Below the pieces are notes generated by a model. It was not told the DNA's origin and searched no databases. It saw nothing but the letters and a program-made list of their open reading frames with translations. A program made the translations under genes and the position numbers. Below are positions 37,294-47,315 of a stretch of DNA of 64,000 nucleotides, piece after piece (the stretch's first letter is position 1; each line of letters opens with the position of its first letter). The DNA is taken from positions 19,681 through 83,680 of the forward strand of contig CAYTED010000006.1 in NCBI GenBank assembly GCA_964436855.1, in the 5' to 3' direction. Origin of the DNA: an uncultured Bdellovibrionales bacterium. Its GTDB lineage: Bacteria; Patescibacteriota; Minisyncoccia; Moranbacterales; UBA1568.

Positions 37294-38787
37294 TTATTCC
37301 ACCCAGTGTCGTTTTTTGATCTTCTCGTCATCTTCCCCACGCTTTTCCTCGATTTTTTCTTTGGCGAGTTCCCGCAATTCCTCGAGGTCTCGGTCCAAAA
37401 GTTCTTCGCTTCGGGCAAGCAAAGCAGGTTTGGAATTTCGAGCGGGGTCTTCGATCACTTCCGCGAGGAGCACATCGAGAATAGCGCCGATTTTCGGTCC
37501 GGCCGGAATCTTGAGAGATTCCATAAGATCCGTTCCTTTGATCGCAAGCATTTTGACCGAAATCGGATCTTTCGAAACCTTCTCGATCATATATTCGAGG
37601 TGACGAAGTTTGTAGGGTTTCGCCTTCGGCGTCCCGGATCCGAGTCGGTCGCCGATTCGGACATCCATCAGATCCTTCATATTTTCGATGCCGACCTTTC
37701 GAATAAGTCGCCGTACCGAGGCTTCGGACACCTCTCCTACATTATAGTAAAATAGGTGATTGTCAACGAGGAGGGTTGATTTCTCGACAATCTCCCTTGG
37801 AAAACGGAGTCGTGTGAGGATGGCGCGGGTCATTCGCGCGCCAACGTGATCGTGATTGTAAAATGTTGAACGATACCCGTTTCCGCGCTTGGTTCGAGGT
37901 TTGGCAACGTCGTGAAGGAGGGCGGCAAGGCGCACTTCGAGTTTTTTTGACGGGCAGGTTTCGAGCGCGCGGAGATTGTGTTCCCAAACGGTGTAGATGT
38001 GATGGAGGTTTTGTCCAACACCGATACCTTCCTCGAGTTCGGGAAGAATGTGTTTTAAGAGCCCCGTTTTTTCGAGGAGATCGATGCCGAGCGAGGGACT
38101 TTCGGAGAGAATAATTTTCGCGAGCTCGTCGCGCACTCGTTCGGTTGAAATGTGCGTGATGTTTCCGGAAAGTTTTTTGATGGCGTCGAGCGTTGCGGAG
38201 TCGATCGCCCAATCATTTTTTTTCTGCTTTGGGTTTGAGAGTTCAGCATAAAAGCGAATCGCTCGCATCAAACGGAGAGCGTCTTCGGAAAATCGCTCTT
38301 CGGGAATGCCGACGGTTCGAATGATTTTTTGTTTTAAGTCTTGCTGTCCGTTAAAAGGATCGATAGTATGCCAGGAATCGCCTGCATCTTTTCCGAGGGC
38401 GATCGCGTTTACGGTAAAATCGCGTCGCGCGAGATCTTCTTCGAGCGATTGAGTGAACAAAACTTCTTTCGGTCGGCGTTTGTCGGTGTATTCGGATTCG
38501 ATACGGTATGTCGTTACTTCGATGACATCGTGTTCTCGATCTTCCGGTGTCCCGGGATGGAAACGAGGGACTTTTACTCCGACGGTTCCAAAATCGTTTT
38601 CATAAAAGCTCTCCGGAAAAATTTTCGTCACGTCTTCCGGCTTCGCGTTTGTCGTCACGTCCCAGTCTTTCGGCGTGCGATCAAGCAAGAGATCGCGTAC
38701 GCATCCACCCACGATATATGCTTCAAACCCCGCCTCTTTCAGGCGCTCGCAGATGTCGAGAACGGGTTGTGGAATCTCGTATTTCAT
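37294..38787 (-). CDS. cca: CCA tRNA nucleotidyltransferase with HD domain
   Basis: VGGCVRD, DWD, RRDFTVN, EDALRLMRA, LLHD. Confidence 0.93.
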   Translation of the reverse strand: MKYEIPQPVLDICERLKEAGFEAYIVGGCVRDLLLDRTPKDWDVTTNAKPEDVTKIFPESFYENDFGTVGVKVPRFHPGTPEDREHDVIEVTTYRIESEYTDKRRPKEVLFTQSLEEDLARRDFTVNAIALGKDAGDSWHTIDPFNGQQDLKQKIIRTVGIPEERFSEDALRLMRAIRFYAELSNPKQKKNDWAIDSATLDAIKKLSGNITHISTERVRDELAKIILSESPSLGIDLLEKTGLLKHILPELEEGIGVGQNLHHIYTVWEHNLRALETCPSKKLEVRLAALLHDVAKPRTKRGNGYRSTFYNHDHVGARMTRAILTRLRFPREIVEKSTLLVDNHLFYYNVGEVSEASVRRLIRKVGIENMKDLMDVRIGDRLGSGTPKAKPYKLRHLEYMIEKVSKDPISVKMLAIKGTDLMESLKIPAGPKIGAILDVLLAEVIEDPARNSKPALLARSEELLDRDLEELRELAKEKIEEKRGEDDEKIKKRHWVE

Positions 38788-38865
38788 AAAGGAACTCTAG
38801 CAGCCTTTCCTTGCCCTGCCAATACTTTGCGTTCTTCCTCAAATGTTTCTTGTGCCACTTTTTGT

Positions 38866-38903
38866 TTGTACACAAAAGTAAGCGGTCGTGGAGAATTGTG
38901 TAC
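38866..38903. repeat. 38-bp direct repeat, copy 1 (palindromic ends)
   Basis: ttgtacacaaaagtaagcggtcgtggagaattgtgtac identical to 41407-41444. Confidence 0.92.
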
Positions 38904-38998
38904 AGATATTCTTTTCGGATAACCTTTTTTTTGACAGGAAATGTCGGGGGTGGTAATCTAGAGATAGTTTTTATTGGTGTAAATTCGTAAGCGTTTTT

Positions 38999-39619
38999 AT
39001 GTATCAATTAAGCAATGGAGTGAAAATCCTCTTTGGTATTGCTGGTGTTATTGTTGTCGCTGGTGTAGCGTATTTCTTGGTATTTAAAAAGGATGTTCCT
39101 GTTGAAAATTCGAAAAGTGATGATAAGAGTGCTCAGGTCGAACAAAAGACGATTCTCAAAAATGAGACGACAACAGAGACAAGTGCCTTCAAGACTTACG
39201 AAAGCAAAACGGGAAAGTTTTCCGTCGAGTATCCCAAGGAATTTCTGATACGGGAATATGCCGGAGAATATGAATATCTGGGAAATATTTTGAACGTCGC
39301 CATCGGAAAAAATGTCGCTGATGAGAAAAAATCTTTGACGAGCGATATTTTTATCAGCGTTTTTGATCGGTATGCTCCGGAGGATCCTCTTGCGATGCCG
39401 AATGGTATGGATCCGAAAGGAAGTATCGATATGATGATCGGCGGAGCAAAGGCGAAGAAATATATTGATAGGAAGGCATCCGATGAGAATGGTTTCGGGG
39501 GTTATGTTGTCGTGAATAGTGCAACGGGTTTCCGGTACGAAATCACGTTCGACGCTGGCGATGCGGAAACTTTGCAGGCCTTTGATGTAATAGCGCGAAG
39601 TTTTCGGTTTATTGAATAA
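38999..39619 (+). CDS. Membrane-anchored PsbP-like hypothetical protein
   Basis: N-terminal TM, FKTYESKTGKFSVEYP, ends SFRF. Confidence 0.75.
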   Translation: MYQLSNGVKILFGIAGVIVVAGVAYFLVFKKDVPVENSKSDDKSAQVEQKTILKNETTTETSAFKTYESKTGKFSVEYPKEFLIREYAGEYEYLGNILNVAIGKNVADEKKSLTSDIFISVFDRYAPEDPLAMPNGMDPKGSIDMMIGGAKAKKYIDRKASDENGFGGYVVVNSATGFRYEITFDAGDAETLQAFDVIARSFRFIE

Positions 39620-39640
39620 TAATCTCTATTACTGGAACAT

Positions 39641-40282
39641 ATGAGTATTGAATCATCACCACCTATTTCTCAAGAACGCGAAGATTTTGAAAAGAATGAA
39701 AAGAGACTGAAGGAAATCAAGCAAACTCCGATCGGAGATATGTCTTTCGAGGAGCTTCAAAAACTCGTGGATGAACGGAGTCGGTTGGAAAATATGCTCC
39801 AAGGGATGATTCGTCAGGCGCAAACTGAAGCGGTAGCTGAAAATGAAATCCGTATTGCGTACGATGAGGCGGTAAAGGAAAACAAATTGCGCGAAAGTGA
39901 ACTCAAGCGAGCCGATAAATTAGCGCAACACATTAAAAAAGGAAACGTTGAAGTGAATGGAGATGAAATTGAAGATGCTGATTCTCACGATGAAAGTCTC
40001 GAATGGAAGGATTTTCAATCGAGTCTTGAAACGGTTGCCGAGGCGCTGAAAGGAGAGATATCTCGAGAATCTCTCGAGAAACTTTTCGGAATGCAAAAAT
40101 TGAAATACAAGGGCGTGGAAGAACAAAGAGAGGCGATCCGGAAGTCGATACGAGCGATGAAAACATTTCTTTCCGATTCGGAGCACACGGCGGCGAAGCT
40201 CCACGAAATAGTTGATCGAATGAATCTTACGGCGAATCCGGTAGACCATTTCTCGTTTCGCGATGAAAACCTCAATCCATAA
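39641..40282 (+). CDS. Hypothetical coiled-coil protein
   Basis: Charged helical ORF; N-terminus similar to the next gene. Confidence 0.7.
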   Translation: MSIESSPPISQEREDFEKNEKRLKEIKQTPIGDMSFEELQKLVDERSRLENMLQGMIRQAQTEAVAENEIRIAYDEAVKENKLRESELKRADKLAQHIKKGNVEVNGDEIEDADSHDESLEWKDFQSSLETVAEALKGEISRESLEKLFGMQKLKYKGVEEQREAIRKSIRAMKTFLSDSEHTAAKLHEIVDRMNLTANPVDHFSFRDENLNP

Positions 40283-40302
40283 TTCATTTTTGAAAAAAAC
40301 AT

Positions 40303-41229
40303 ATGATGGGCGAAATGGCACCAAAAGCATCCGGGGGACGGGAGGAATATGCGAAAAACGAAGCGCGTTTGAATGATGTGAACGCAGAGATCGCGAAACT
40401 TTTAGCTGAAAAGCAAGCGCTTGAAAGTAAGCAGGAAGCATCGGTGAGTGAGGCGCAGAGCGAAGCGACGGCCGAGAATCGTTTGCGCGATGATTTTGAA
40501 GCGGCAAAAGTTGAGAATCAAGCCTTCGACGAAGCGAAGGCTCGCGAGGCGGAGGAAAAGGCAGCGGCTGAAGCGGCGGCGCGTGAAAAGAAAAAAGCGG
40601 AAGATGTTACCAAGCAAGCCGAAGATGCCGAAAAAGCAGCAAAGCTCGCGGAGCAGATAAAAGGCGGTCAAATGGGCATAGAAAATGAAAATCAATCAAG
40701 TAACACCGAGTTAAATCAAGAAGGTGCTGGCATCGAGAATGAATCGCTTTCTCCGGTATTGCAGAAGTATTCCACTCCGATTGAAAAAACATTTTCCGAA
40801 TATCAGGCACTCATCGCGCAGGCGGAAAAATTGCGAGCCGAAGGAAAAGAACGGGAGGCTATTGATGTTGAAATTCAGGCCAACCGAACATCTGCTCGAA
40901 TTCTCAATGGTGGAGGCGACACGTTCGATGATTCGTTTTTGGAGTATCCGAAAAGAAATAGAAGCGAGTCTTATGAACAATGGAGAAAACAAGTGGATGC
41001 CGTAGGTAAGGAATACTATCGTGCCCTAGCAGACTCGCCACAAATGATATTGAGATTGGCGCGGGAAACGGGGAGGTTGGACTTCGAAAACATTTCCGGA
41101 CGATTATTACGAGATAAACAATTTATCAGCGTTCTTGCGCAAACAGAGGCTGCCAAGAAAGATGCGAAATTTCAGGTTGCGCTTCGTGATAACTTGTTTG
41201 GTCAATACGCAGCACGAGCAAGGTACTAA
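40303..41229 (+). CDS. Hypothetical coiled-coil protein
   Basis: Ala/Glu/Lys-rich N-terminal half. Confidence 0.75.
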   Translation: MMGEMAPKASGGREEYAKNEARLNDVNAEIAKLLAEKQALESKQEASVSEAQSEATAENRLRDDFEAAKVENQAFDEAKAREAEEKAAAEAAAREKKKAEDVTKQAEDAEKAAKLAEQIKGGQMGIENENQSSNTELNQEGAGIENESLSPVLQKYSTPIEKTFSEYQALIAQAEKLRAEGKEREAIDVEIQANRTSARILNGGGDTFDDSFLEYPKRNRSESYEQWRKQVDAVGKEYYRALADSPQMILRLARETGRLDFENISGRLLRDKQFISVLAQTEAAKKDAKFQVALRDNLFGQYAARARY

Positions 41230-41245
41230 AAGGGAAGCTTTTATC

Positions 41246-41283
41246 TCAACAAAAACAGCGGTTCAACCGCTGTTTTTGTGTTG
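41246..41283. terminator. Terminator hairpin
   Basis: aaaaacagcgg-ttcaa-ccgctgttttt. Confidence 0.7.
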
Positions 41284-41406
41284 AAAATTTCTGAAAAATC
41301 TACAAATTACTCTCTCTTTTCTTCTTCAAACCATATCAATACATGACGGCCGTCACAAGTTGACACGTTTTTTTGGAGGAAAAAGTAAGGAAAGATCTCG
41401 CATTCA

Positions 41407-41444
41407 TTGTACACAAAAGTAAGCGGTCGTGGAGAATTGTGTAC
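41407..41444. repeat. 38-bp direct repeat, copy 2
   Basis: Identical to 38866-38903. Confidence 0.92.
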
Positions 41445-41540
41445 GATCTGGTTTGGTATGGGTGGTGTAAAAAACAGCCCCGACGCACATCGGGGCTGTT
41501 TTTGTGTCGCGTATTGATTTTATCCGTACTTTATTACCAA

Positions 41541-41725
41541 ACGAAGCGAGCGAAACGAAAGTCCGACTTTCGTTTCCGAGCGAGCGTCGGGTCAATACCC
41601 CGCGGCTTACCCCGCGGTGTAATACCCGTTATTTTACTTGTGGAAACTGGATTCCCGCCTTCGCGGGAATGACAAACTTCCTCGAGAGCCTGCCGGCAGG
41701 CAGGCTCGACAAGCTCGGAGTGACA
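41541..41725. repeat. Cluster of REP-like palindromes
   Basis: aaacgaaagtc..gactttcgttt, ataccccgcggct.., ggattcccgccttcgcgggaatgac, ctcgacaagctcggagtgac. Confidence 0.7.
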
Positions 41726-41732
41726 AATTCAA

Positions 41733-41810
41733 TTACAGCGTTCGTTTCTTTGTCTCTTCCTTGAAACAGAGGAGGATGTCGCCGACTTGGATTTTGATGC
41801 CGCTCTCGAA
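41733..41810 (-). pseudogene. Duplicated 3' end of infB
   Basis: Encodes [25 protein letters not shown] versus inf[26 protein letters not shown]. Confidence 0.9.
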
Positions 41811-41852
41811 AGAGAAGTTGCTTTTGTGTGCGATTTTTGGTAGTGTTCGGAT

Positions 41853-42245
41853 ATGAATGAACGAGAAAACAATCAAGTGAAAGCGATATGCGAGCGGCAT
41901 CCGGAAGTGGGGGTGGTGTATCTGTTCGGATCACGCGCCACGGGGACTGCGGGACCAATGAGCGATTATGATTTTGCGGTGTATGCCGATCTCTCCGATC
42001 GAGGATCACTTGCCCAACTGGAGCTTGAATTACGCGGAGAGCTGTCGCAAGCATTGAATACGGATATGATCGATCTCGTGATGCTCAATACCGCGCAGTC
42101 GCCGGAATTGAAATACGCCATCCTTCGGGAAGGGGTAGTTCTTTTTGAACGCGAATCGTTTCGGGTGCGCATCGAGCCGAATATCCTGAATGAGTATTTC
42201 GATTTTCGAGATATGTTGCGCCGATATAAGCTCACTTCAGCGTAG
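41853..42245 (+). CDS. Minimal nucleotidyltransferase antitoxin (MntA-like)
   Basis: YLFGSRATG...SDYDFAV, DLVMLN. Confidence 0.9.
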   Translation: MNERENNQVKAICERHPEVGVVYLFGSRATGTAGPMSDYDFAVYADLSDRGSLAQLELELRGELSQALNTDMIDLVMLNTAQSPELKYAILREGVVLFERESFRVRIEPNILNEYFDFRDMLRRYKLTSA

Positions 42246-42250
42246 TGTGT

Positions 42251-42684
42251 ATGAGTACGATTTCCGTTATCGAAAACAAGATCAGTTCCGTGAAAAAATA
42301 CCTTGCAATTCTCGAGGATTTCAAGAAATATTCCCGCGAAGAGATTTTTGGAGATGTAACTCGGAGCGGAGCCTTTGAGCGGTATCTCTACTTGGTCACG
42401 CAGGCATCAATTGAGGTTGGTGAGAGCTATATTGCTTATCGAAATTTTCGCAAACCGACGACCCTTCGTGAAGTGTTCGGTATTCTTTTTGAGAATGGGA
42501 TTATCGGGAACGATTTGTCAGCCAAGCTTTCGATATGACCGGGTTTCGCAATGCGCTCGCGCATGATTATGAGGAGCTTGATCCGGAAAAACTGTACGGC
42601 GTGCTTCATCATCACCTCGGAGATATCGCAACTTTCATCTCGGTGATAGAAGAGAAAATAAAGAATGGAGAAGCGGGTAACTGA
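42251..42684 (+). pseudogene. HEPN/DUF86 toxin (HepT-like), frameshifted near 42533
   Basis: ERYL..Q..I N-part stops at 42538; another frame continues MTGFRNALAHDYEELD... to TGA at 42684. Confidence 0.85.
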
Positions 42685-42760
42685 TTGTGAGCCTACAAAA
42701 AACAGCGGAGAGACCGCTGTTTTTTCTGGATCCCCGCCTTCGCGGGGATGACAAACCAAA

Positions 42761-44530
42761 TTACAGTGTTCGTTTCTTCGTTTCTTCCTTGAAACAGATA
42801 AGAGTGTCGCCGACTTGGATTTTGACGGGACCTTCGAAGACGACACCGCACTCGTTCCCTTGACCGACTTCATCGGCGTTTTCTTTGTTGCGTTGGAGAT
42901 TCTGCATTTTTCCGAGACCGATAATTTCGTCGCCGCGTTTCACCTCGAGTTGCGAGCCGCGGAGCATTTTCCCCTCCGAGACGCGACCACCGACGATCAT
43001 ATCTTTTTTCCCGGTCTTAAAGATCGCGAGAACCGAGAGACGGCCGGAATCGGTGCGAATCACTTCGGGCGGGAGGAGGTCGGACATTTTTTCTTTTACT
43101 CGTTCGACGAGTTTGTAAATGATATTGAACGTTTCAATCTCAACCTTCATTGTTTCGGCAAGCCGCGCGGCGACGGAGGTCGGATCGGCATTGAAACCGA
43201 AAATTTTCGCGCCGGAGGTTGCCGCCATTTTCACATCAGATTCGGTAATGGCGCCGACGCCGGAACTGATTTCCTGCAGCGCGATTTCATCCGATTGGAT
43301 GGTTGCAAGAATTTGCTCGATTGCTTCGAGCGATCCTTGCACATCGGCCTTGAGGACAACCGGAAATTTTTTGATATCGGCATTGTCATTCAAACTTTTT
43401 ACGCCTTTTCCTTCGCCTTCTTTCAGGAGCGCTTCCTGCGAGCGGAGGCGGGCGAGTGATTTCCCGCTTACGACTTGGACGACGCTGTTCACTTGCGGCG
43501 CGGCGTCGAATCCATAGAGAACGACCGGGGTTGATGGTCCGGCGTGTTCGAGGTTTTTTCCATTGAAATCTTCGATACGGCGAAGACGACCGAAGTTTTT
43601 TCCGGCGATCACGTCTTGACCGACTTTCAGTGTGCCGGTTTTCACCACACCGGTTGCGACCGGGCCTTTTTGCGGATCGAGATGCGATTCGAGAATAATC
43701 GCGAACCCGTCGCGTTTTGCGTCGGCCTTGAATTCTTCCACCTCGTCCAAAAGAAGGATGCTTTCGAGGAGTTTGTCGATTCCGATATTTTGCTTGGCAC
43801 TCACTTCATTGCAAAGGACGGTTCCACCCCACTCTTCGACGAGAATATTCTGTTCGGCGAGTTCTTGTTTCACGCGCTGTACATTTGCTTCCGGCTTGTC
43901 GACCTTGTTGATGGCGACGATTGTTGGAATTTTTTTCTCGAGGAGGTAGGAAATGACTTCTTTGGTTTGCGGGCGAACGCCGTCGTCCGCAGCAACGACG
44001 AGAATCGCTATATCGGCAATCGAAACACCGCGCTCACGCATGCCGGAAAACGCTTCGTGTCCCGGGGTGTCGATAAAGGTGATGAGTTTTCCGCGCTTTT
44101 TGACCTGATAGGCGCTGATTTTCTGGGTGATTCCACCCGCTTCTCCTGCGGCGACATTTGCTTTTCGAATGGTATCGAGAAGGGTGGTTTTTCCGTGGTC
44201 GACGTGCCCGAGAATCGTAACAATCGGGGGACGTTCGGCGAGATTTTGACCGGTTTTTTTCTCCTCTTCGCAGAGCGCAACGAGTCTCTCGAGGGTCATT
44301 TCACCGCTCGTTTCTTCTTCCGCCGGTTTTGGTTCGAAACCGAGATCCATCGCGATAACACTTGCGGTTTCGTAGTCGATTTCCTCGTTGATTGTCGCGA
44401 GAATTTTGTTTTTCATTAGCTCCGTGATAACCGCCGGAACGGGCAAATTCAAAATTTCCGCAAACCGTTTGACGGTGATCGTTTGCGGAAGGGAAACAGC
44501 TTTCGGTGTTGTGGCTTGAGATTGTTCCAT
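42761..44530 (-). CDS. infB: Translation initiation factor IF-2
   Basis: [36 protein letters not shown]. Confidence 0.97.
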   Translation of the reverse strand: MEQSQATTPKAVSLPQTITVKRFAEILNLPVPAVITELMKNKILATINEEIDYETASVIAMDLGFEPKPAEEETSGEMTLERLVALCEEEKKTGQNLAERPPIVTILGHVDHGKTTLLDTIRKANVAAGEAGGITQKISAYQVKKRGKLITFIDTPGHEAFSGMRERGVSIADIAILVVAADDGVRPQTKEVISYLLEKKIPTIVAINKVDKPEANVQRVKQELAEQNILVEEWGGTVLCNEVSAKQNIGIDKLLESILLLDEVEEFKADAKRDGFAIILESHLDPQKGPVATGVVKTGTLKVGQDVIAGKNFGRLRRIEDFNGKNLEHAGPSTPVVLYGFDAAPQVNSVVQVVSGKSLARLRSQEALLKEGEGKGVKSLNDNADIKKFPVVLKADVQGSLEAIEQILATIQSDEIALQEISSGVGAITESDVKMAATSGAKIFGFNADPTSVAARLAETMKVEIETFNIIYKLVERVKEKMSDLLPPEVIRTDSGRLSVLAIFKTGKKDMIVGGRVSEGKMLRGSQLEVKRGDEIIGLGKMQNLQRNKENADEVGQGNECGVVFEGPVKIQVGDTLICFKEETKKRTL

Positions 44531-44543
44531 AGAAAAAATCAAA

Positions 44544-45074
44544 TCATTTCTTTTCAGCAGTCATTTCTTCTTTTTTCGCCGAAGCAAGGACGATTGCTTC
44601 GCGCTCTTCTTCGGTAAACGGGAAGCCGTCTTCTTTGCCCTCGATGACGGGTTTTGCGTAAATCCGCGCTCCTTCTCGCGTATGAAGCGACGAGAGTACG
44701 GTTCCCGAGTTTTTTCCATCAAGGAGAGCGAGCGAGAAACTTTGGTTGCTTCCAACTTCTTTGAATGGATTGAATCGAACGAGCTCGGTTTTATGGATAC
44801 CCTGATTGGCAAGTCCGTAAATCCGATTCGATATTTCGAACAATTCCTGAATCTCTTTATCGATACTCTTGAGCGTTTCGGAATGATTCTCTAAAACTTT
44901 CTCGAGATTGGCGCCGTTTTTTCCTCGGAGAAACAGATTCAATTTTTTCTCGTATGAAGTATTTTTCTTCCAGAGAAAGAAAACAAGCCCGAGGAGAACG
45001 ATATGCACGCCGAATGCGATGGAAAAAAGCATCCATTCCGCAAATGAAATGTCGGAAAAGGTTGAAAAATTCAT
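44544..45074 (-). CDS. DUF4446 family protein
   Basis: VRFNPF..GSNQSFSLALLD..G.VLSSL..RE..RIYAKP. Confidence 0.85.
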   Translation of the reverse strand: MNFSTFSDISFAEWMLFSIAFGVHIVLLGLVFFLWKKNTSYEKKLNLFLRGKNGANLEKVLENHSETLKSIDKEIQELFEISNRIYGLANQGIHKTELVRFNPFKEVGSNQSFSLALLDGKNSGTVLSSLHTREGARIYAKPVIEGKEDGFPFTEEEREAIVLASAKKEEMTAEKK

Positions 45075-45156
45075 AGCGCTTCTCGGAATCATCCAGTATC
45101 GAAACTTTCCGCAGAATACACCGAATTTTGTCTTTTGTAAAGGGTTTTTTAATTTG

Positions 45157-45243
45157 CGGAAAGGGAGAGATTCGAACTCTCGATACCCTTTCGGGTATGC
45201 CGCTTTTCGAGAGCGGTGCCTTCAACCACTCGGCCACCTTTCC
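45157..45243 (-). tRNA. tRNA-Ser(CGA)
   Basis: Anticodon arm ccgct-ctcgaaa-agcgg, long variable arm. Confidence 0.95.
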
Positions 45244-45318
45244 ATATATCGCGCGTGCATTTCAAAAAAGCACTTCCTTGTTGTACAATAAATACAGTAT
45301 AAAGGCAAACACAATACT

Positions 45319-45861
45319 ATGCAGAACGGAATGTCGTTTGTGGATCCGGCGTCGGTGATTCGTGCGCTCAAGCTCGAGGCAGGGAAGGTCGTGGCGGATT
45401 TTGGGTGCGGTGCGGGGTATTTTACTTTCGAGGCGGCAAAGGCGGTAAAAGATGAGGGAAAGGTTTATGCGCTCGATATTTTACAGCCCGCACTTGAGTC
45501 GGTGTCGAGTCGGGGAAAAATTCTCGGATTGAAGAATATCGAACCGAAGCGCGTGAATTTGGAAAAAGTCGGCGGATCGGGACTTTCTCCGGAAAGTATC
45601 GATTGGGTGATTTTGAAGGATATGCTCTTCCAAAACAAGGGGAAGGAAGTGATCTTGCAAGAGGTGTTTCGCGTGCTTCGCCCGGGAGGAAAAGCGCTTG
45701 TTATGGAGTGGGTTCCCGATGATTCTGCGGTCGGTCCGGAAGAGGGGATACGTATTTCCGAAGACGAAGCGAAGAAACTTGCGCAGTCAATGGGATTTTC
45801 CGTCATTTCGGGCGTTCCATCGGGGGATTTTCATTATTCGTTCATTATTGAAAAGAAATGA
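45319..45861 (+). CDS. Class I SAM-dependent methyltransferase
   Basis: VADFGCGAG, YALDI, RVLRPGG. Confidence 0.9.
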   Translation: MQNGMSFVDPASVIRALKLEAGKVVADFGCGAGYFTFEAAKAVKDEGKVYALDILQPALESVSSRGKILGLKNIEPKRVNLEKVGGSGLSPESIDWVILKDMLFQNKGKEVILQEVFRVLRPGGKALVMEWVPDDSAVGPEEGIRISEDEAKKLAQSMGFSVISGVPSGDFHYSFIIEKK

Positions 45862-47267
45862 GGCGGTTTCAAAACAAAAAAACAGGACGGGTGTTTCGTG
45901 TTTTGGCAGTGGCGTTTTTTCTCGTCTCGGCGATTTCTCTTTCCGGGTGCGGCTTCAAAGAGCAAGAAGAGCCGTATGCCGTTACGCTTGAAATGTGGGG
46001 TGTGTTTGACGATACCGACGCGTTTCAAGATGCGATCGGCGAATACTTGCGTACCAATCCGCATGTTCGGAATATCGAATATCGGAAAATGCCGGTTGAT
46101 ACGTATGAAAAAGATCTTCTTGAGGCGCTTGCCACCGGCAACGGGCCGGATATTTTTCTCATTCGCAATTCGTGGCTTCCGTCATATATCGACAAAGTGG
46201 CGCCGGCCGACCCCGCGTTTATTTCCGAGCGATCCTATCGCGATACATTTATCGACGTCGCCGCGGATGATTTTTTCGCGGAAGGAAAGGCGTATGCCGT
46301 CCCGCTCTCGGTTGATTCTTTGGGATTGTATTACAACAAGAGTCTTTTGAATGCTGCCGGCATCGGCTCTCCGGCGCGAACATGGGACGAACTTGCCAAG
46401 CAGGTCCGGCTCCTGACCAAGGTGGATGAGTATGGGAATATTACGCAGGCAGGTGTCGCACTTGGTACCGCGTACAATATCAATCGTTCGACGGATATTC
46501 TCTCGGCGCTTTTTCTTCAGTTTGGCGCGAGGATTGATTCTTACAAGGAAAATCAGGTTGATTTTCAGAAAGAGGCGAGCGACGCGATGCAATTTTATAC
46601 GGAATTTTCTCGACGCGGCGAATACTATTCTTGGGACAGCCGGGAGCATTATTCTCACGATGCCTTTTACGAGGGATCGCTTGCGTATATGATCAATTAC
46701 TCGTGGCATATTCCGACGATTCGCCAGAAAAACGCAAAGCTTGATTTTGGAGTTGCTTCACTTCCGCAGTTCAATGGTGTCGCGCCGGTGAACTTTGCGA
46801 ATTACTGGGGGTTTGCGGTGGCGAAAAATAAAATTGCTCCCACGCCGAATCCCGGAGAGCCGGTTACGCTTCCCGCCGGAAAAGAAAATGACTTGCGAAT
46901 TTTCGAGTCGTGGCAGTTTCTTCGGTATCTTTCGTTTCCGAATAAGGGGGCGATCACCCTCAAAAACGCGCTTTCGGGAAATACGAGGGAGTTTCCGATG
47001 AAAATCGATCCGGCGAAGAAGTATCTTGAGGTAACCGGAAAGCCGGCCGCGCGTCGGGATCTTCTTGAGGCGCAGAAAAGCGACTTGTGGCTTGGTCCGT
47101 TTGCCGAGGGAAATCTTATCGCAAAGAGCTTTCGGCAGTATCGACCGGAGCAAACCGAGGCGCTTCTCGCGGAAGCGATCGACAATGTGAATCGCGGGGC
47201 GTTGTCGATTTATAATGCGCTTGATCTTGCAAAATCGAAAATCAATCAGGTAAATGGGGAAAGGTGA
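45858..47267 (+). CDS. Extracellular solute-binding lipoprotein (sugar ABC-type fold)
   Basis: Lipobox LSGC, GPDIF, LYYNK, TWDEL. Confidence 0.88.
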   Translation: MRRFQNKKTGRVFRVLAVAFFLVSAISLSGCGFKEQEEPYAVTLEMWGVFDDTDAFQDAIGEYLRTNPHVRNIEYRKMPVDTYEKDLLEALATGNGPDIFLIRNSWLPSYIDKVAPADPAFISERSYRDTFIDVAADDFFAEGKAYAVPLSVDSLGLYYNKSLLNAAGIGSPARTWDELAKQVRLLTKVDEYGNITQAGVALGTAYNINRSTDILSALFLQFGARIDSYKENQVDFQKEASDAMQFYTEFSRRGEYYSWDSREHYSHDAFYEGSLAYMINYSWHIPTIRQKNAKLDFGVASLPQFNGVAPVNFANYWGFAVAKNKIAPTPNPGEPVTLPAGKENDLRIFESWQFLRYLSFPNKGAITLKNALSGNTREFPMKIDPAKKYLEVTGKPAARRDLLEAQKSDLWLGPFAEGNLIAKSFRQYRPEQTEALLAEAIDNVNRGALSIYNALDLAKSKINQVNGER

Positions 47268-47315
47268 TTCGGACAGTAGATACAAGGTTACGTAATTCGG
47301 TATTCGAATAAAGAA

